From Candidatus Levyibacteriota bacterium (GTDB lineage Bacteria; Patescibacteriota; Microgenomatia; Levybacterales; UBA12049): a stretch of 64,000 bases of DNA. The notes under the pieces are model-generated. The model ran no database searches. It saw only the letters and a list, made by a program, of their open reading frames with translations, and had not been told where the DNA came from. Positions 60,357-64,000 of the stretch are shown here, one piece after another. The position numbers and the translations under genes are program-made. Within the stretch, counting starts at the first letter, position 1. Every line of letters starts with the position of its first letter. Where the stretch lies: NCBI GenBank assembly GCA_963790825.1, contig CAWBPM010000002.1, forward strand, positions 423,159-487,158, read 5' to 3'.

Positions 60357-61250
60357 ATGCCGGAAATAGAATTAGGTCCAAGAGCCAAGCAAAATTTACA
60401 AATTGCTAAAGAGTCTGCAATCGATTGGGGGATTGATAGAGCCAGACAATTCTTGTCAACCGGCGTGAGACGCAATGGTGTGGGCAGACTGTTTCAATTG
60501 ATTCTCCCGACAGAATATCAAGTCTTAAACGGCGCAGATAAAAAATTATTATCTCTGCAGCACTAGGGTTTCGGCATTATCGAATGTTATCCTCATTCCA
60601 ATAAAGATGATGTGCCGACGAATCAACAGGTTCAATATCCCCGTTACCGGACGCTTCGCGAAAAACCGATTGAAGTCCCGATTGCCAGACATCAGGTTGA
60701 TGAGAAAATCATATTATTATCCCGGTTGACCGATTTATGGTTGGATCAAATTATTACGCCGCATACTGTTCGGGCAAGAAAAAATTTTGATAAACAGGGC
60801 AATAAGATTAAGGATTCGGGAAAAGATCAATATATCACCCATGCAAGGGAAGCGCTCATGCAAGGAGGAACGGTAGTTATCGCTCCGGCAGCCGAAAGAC
60901 AACTACAATTAAAGCCTTTTCGTGCCGATGCGCTGCCGAATCTTCTCGAAGAAACAAAAGATATTCCCAGAGTCGGCTTGGCGTTTTTCGGACACAAGAT
61001 TGAAGGTGTTACGAATTATGAGGATGTCAAAGATAAAAACCAATTCGGCAAAAAACATATTGTTACTCTCGGTTATGTATATACGAGGCGAGAACTGAAT
61101 CAATTTGCCAAACAATACGACTTAACTATTAATGAAATAGCCTTTGTGCTCATGAGCGACCTCGCCCCTCAAGCATTCAGAAGCACAGAATTTTCAGATA
61201 ATCCAAAATATCAGTCTTTTCTCCAAGGTCTAAAACAACCTATTATATAA
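60357..61250 (+). pseudogene. PlsC/LPLAT-like acyltransferase interrupted by an in-frame TAG (60564-60566)
   Basis: The two track ORFs share a frame; readthrough gives YPHSNKDD (HX4D), with IAPAAER resembling the IFPEGTR block. Confidence 0.55.
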
Positions 61251-61380
61251 TATTGGGCACTCATTTTTCAGATGCATGCTCTAAATAAATAATAATTGAT
61301 TTGGTAATTTCTTAACATAAATACCACCTTAGATCCAATCATTTGACTGCTCAAATTAGATTGTGCAATACTTGCATTAT

Positions 61381-63381
61381 ATGGACTTACACGGCGAAAG
61401 TCAGCAGACAGTAGATTCTCAGTCTCAGACACAAACAGAGCCACAATCAATTCATAATTCTCTTAAAATAAAACCAGTAAATAAATATTTATGGTTACTA
61501 ATTATTGCAGTCAGTATTATTCTGGTCGCTGCAGGTTATGGAAGTAATTTCTTTACTAGACCCAGACAAACTCAACACATAGTTTTACATACTCCTTCAG
61601 AACCAATTAAATTATCACTAATCTATTCGTTGGATAAAGCACATTTGCAAGATCATGATTATGATACTTTGATTAATGATTCAACTCAAACGTATATTTC
61701 TGACTTGAGTAGACAAAATACCAAAACAATATCAATTGGGTATGACTATAAAAATAATATTGACACGAATACATCCCTGTTCCAAACGACGCCAAATGGG
61801 AAATATATCATAAGAACACTTTACGGCAAGATTGAAATAAGCTCTGTTGATAATCCAACAAATTTCCAAACAATTTCTCCGCAAGGAGACAATTATTTCA
61901 TCTCACAAGATAGCACAAAAATGATAACTAAAGACGAAGCGGAGATTCATATTATTGATCTTTCTGATCCCCACAATATAATAAATGTTTCGCCACCTAA
62001 TCCAGAAGATATTAATCCTATTATTGGATATGACACAAATAAACATCGACTATATATTCATCGTTCATCATATTTCAAATATGATTATATTGACATTTTA
62101 ACTATTGATAACCAAGGAAACATTCTTAATTCAAAAGAGGAGAATGATTATAATTTCATCACAGAGTTTTCTTCAGATTTTCACTATGCATTTTTTGAAG
62201 ACATAGGGACCCAAGCAGATGGATATCCTGAGTATATATATAAAGAGGATCTAAATACAGGTCGAAAAACAATTCTTGCAACTTTACCAAAAGGTGATAG
62301 TCCAGTTGATATCAAATTATCTCCCACACAGGACACTTTATCCTTTTTTAATAATGCTCCCATTAGTGGTAGTAATGATTGGAACAACAAATTATATATC
62401 GTCAACCTTAAGACTAATTATGTACGTATAGTTAATGTTCCAGCCGGATTTACGCCCGAGGTGAAAAACTATATTTCCCCAGACGGTAAGTATTTTTTGC
62501 TTTATAACAGTTCCACATGTCGAAATGATACATGTACAACTAATAACGAGCAGAAAGTTATTTATTCAATCGCAAACAATAAATTCTATCTATACTATCA
62601 ACCAGTAGGAATAAATGAAGCAAATCAAGACGAGGGAAGCAAAACGAGTTACCATAATATTGAAACCATGACTATATTTGGTTGGCTTGCCGCTCCATCG
62701 GGGAGCAAAACTTCAGTATCCTTACCTGAATTTGACCTATCACCTGAACTGGCGACGCCAACTCCAAACCCACTTGTAACTAGCAGTTATCCGTTAATGC
62801 AAATTGATTTATCTAAAAATAAATATTACTATTCTCCTTACCAGTATCCTGATGAGATATTAAACGCTAAACCAGAAAATCTTATCGGCATGAAATGTTC
62901 GCCCAGATTTGCTTGTGATCCTCCTTACGATTCCTGTTGGGAATTTGATCCAAATAACTTTGGTCAAACGGTTACCAATAAAGATCCACAGTTTATTAAA
63001 GTGGTGAAAGAAGCAGCAGCTTCTATAGACGTCAAGCAATCTTCAGACAGCTTAGAAAATATTACAATATGCCAAACCAGAAGTGGCAATACTATAGTTG
63101 AATATCAAACTCTCGGTAATTCGGATCCAAAAATTGGATTGGCAGATGGTCTTGATTACGTTGGTTATGCTCCTTTAAATGAAAATTTAAAAAGAGTGGC
63201 AACGATAAATTCGCAAGCAGATGAGCATGCCTGTGACGAACCTATTATGCTCACCAACAATCTTGATTTTTATTTAAATTGCCAAGAGGATCAGAAAGAG
63301 ATAATGTATAAAATAAATCTTAATAATGCGGGACTGCAGCCAGTTATTAGCTGTGATAGAGATGCAAATGTTTGCCAATAA
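61381..63381 (+). CDS. Membrane-anchored surface protein with TolB/WD-like propeller and Cys-rich C-terminal domain
   Basis: Single TM helix; TPNGKY, SQDSTK, SSDFHY, SPTQDT, SPDGKY repeats. Confidence 0.65.
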   Translation: MDLHGESQQTVDSQSQTQTEPQSIHNSLKIKPVNKYLWLLIIAVSIILVAAGYGSNFFTRPRQTQHIVLHTPSEPIKLSLIYSLDKAHLQDHDYDTLINDSTQTYISDLSRQNTKTISIGYDYKNNIDTNTSLFQTTPNGKYIIRTLYGKIEISSVDNPTNFQTISPQGDNYFISQDSTKMITKDEAEIHIIDLSDPHNIINVSPPNPEDINPIIGYDTNKHRLYIHRSSYFKYDYIDILTIDNQGNILNSKEENDYNFITEFSSDFHYAFFEDIGTQADGYPEYIYKEDLNTGRKTILATLPKGDSPVDIKLSPTQDTLSFFNNAPISGSNDWNNKLYIVNLKTNYVRIVNVPAGFTPEVKNYISPDGKYFLLYNSSTCRNDTCTTNNEQKVIYSIANNKFYLYYQPVGINEANQDEGSKTSYHNIETMTIFGWLAAPSGSKTSVSLPEFDLSPELATPTPNPLVTSSYPLMQIDLSKNKYYYSPYQYPDEILNAKPENLIGMKCSPRFACDPPYDSCWEFDPNNFGQTVTNKDPQFIKVVKEAAASIDVKQSSDSLENITICQTRSGNTIVEYQTLGNSDPKIGLADGLDYVGYAPLNENLKRVATINSQADEHACDEPIMLTNNLDFYLNCQEDQKEIMYKINLNNAGLQPVISCDRDANVCQ

Positions 63382-63507
63382 GTAACTTTATTAAGCCTCA
63401 TAAATTCTTTACCTCCTGTGCTATGCCACTTCGCCTTGCTTAGCAGAGCTACGCTGGGCATTATACTTATTGTATTTTGAAAACAGAGGGGTATACAATA
63501 AGGCCGT

Positions 63508-64000
63508 ATGAATCTCCCGTACCGTCTTCGCCCTCTTACCCTTTCCGATTTCGTCGGGCAGGAATATTTAATCGGAGAAGGAAAATTGATTCGTAAAATG
63601 ATCGAGTCAGACAATCTTTTCTCTATGATTCTCTGGGGACCGCCGGGAAGCGGAAAAACAACGCTTGCATCTATTATCGCCCATGAGACACACGCTGATT
63701 TTCATGAAGTTTCAGGCGTAACAGCCGGTAAGGAAGCACTGTTAAAAATCGTAGAAATAGCGAAAAAGAACAGAGAAACACAAATCACAACGATTCTTTT
63801 TATCGATGAAATTCACCGCTGGAATAAAGCCCAGCAGGACGCGCTTCTGCCGCACGTTGAAAGCGGACTGATTACGCTCATCGGCGCTACAACTGAAAAT
63901 CCGTCCTTCGAAATTATCAGCCCTTTACTTTCTAGATGTCGCGTGTTCGTTCTGAAAAGCTTAAACAAAGAAGATCTGGAAAAAATTATTACCCGTGCAC
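63508..64000 (+). CDS. rarA: Replication-associated recombination AAA+ ATPase (partial)
   Basis: RLRP...FVGQ, LWGPPGSGKTT, FIDEIHRWNKAQQD, GATTENP. Confidence 0.93.
   Translation, partial: MNLPYRLRPLTLSDFVGQEYLIGEGKLIRKMIESDNLFSMILWGPPGSGKTTLASIIAHETHADFHEVSGVTAGKEALLKIVEIAKKNRETQITTILFIDEIHRWNKAQQDALLPHVESGLITLIGATTENPSFEIISPLLSRCRVFVLKSLNKEDLEKIITRA

Noticed and set aside
1-64000. CRISPR array, rRNA, integrase or transposase
   Set aside because: No regularly spaced repeat-spacer array, rRNA-like sequence or recombinase ORF was seen.

Overview
Genomic window from a Patescibacteria (CPR) bacterium, most likely Microgenomates. Evidence is the short trigger factor, a DUF5660-like gene, a CPR-style type IV pilus locus and near-consensus TTGACA/TATAAT promoters; the genetic code is 11. 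Layout: (1) 1-5 kb, a redox cluster (ferredoxin, two FNR-like flavoproteins, 2-oxoacid:ferredoxin oxidoreductase with a frameshifted beta subunit); (2) 5-14 kb, a decaying accessory zone (NYN nuclease with a convergent candidate small RNA, a broken giant LamG/DUF2341 surface-protein gene, a four-helix-bundle element, two type II TA pairs, a PLD nuclease); (3) 14.3-20.7 kb, an AT-rich island at the 3' end of tRNA-Leu(GAG) encoding a nucleotide-tailoring set (B12-dependent radical SAM, CYTH, CMP kinase, NUDIX, NDK-kinase fusion) behind a perfect 37-bp palindrome, with a nucleotide-sensor/RHH regulator upstream; (4) 20.7-42.3 kb, housekeeping genes (4 tRNAs, tig, thrS-infC-rpmI-rplT-pheST, class A PBP, tyrS, recG, rpmF, nusB, rnc, rpsP, trmD) with two leader-peptide attenuators; (5) 42.3-59.3 kb, a type IV pilus locus interrupted by a 6-kb block (arginine decarboxylase, EamA exporter, aminoacyl-tRNA-type transferase, multi-TM sensor, small protein, GAF histidine kinase, type IV TA); (6) holB-like, a stop-interrupted acyltransferase-like gene, a surface protein and partial rarA. 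The best candidates for undescribed systems are the nucleotide-modification island, the putative agmatine-derived signal synthesis/export/sensing module in the pilus locus, and the NYN + small RNA pair. All family calls come from motifs recognised by eye; no searches were run.
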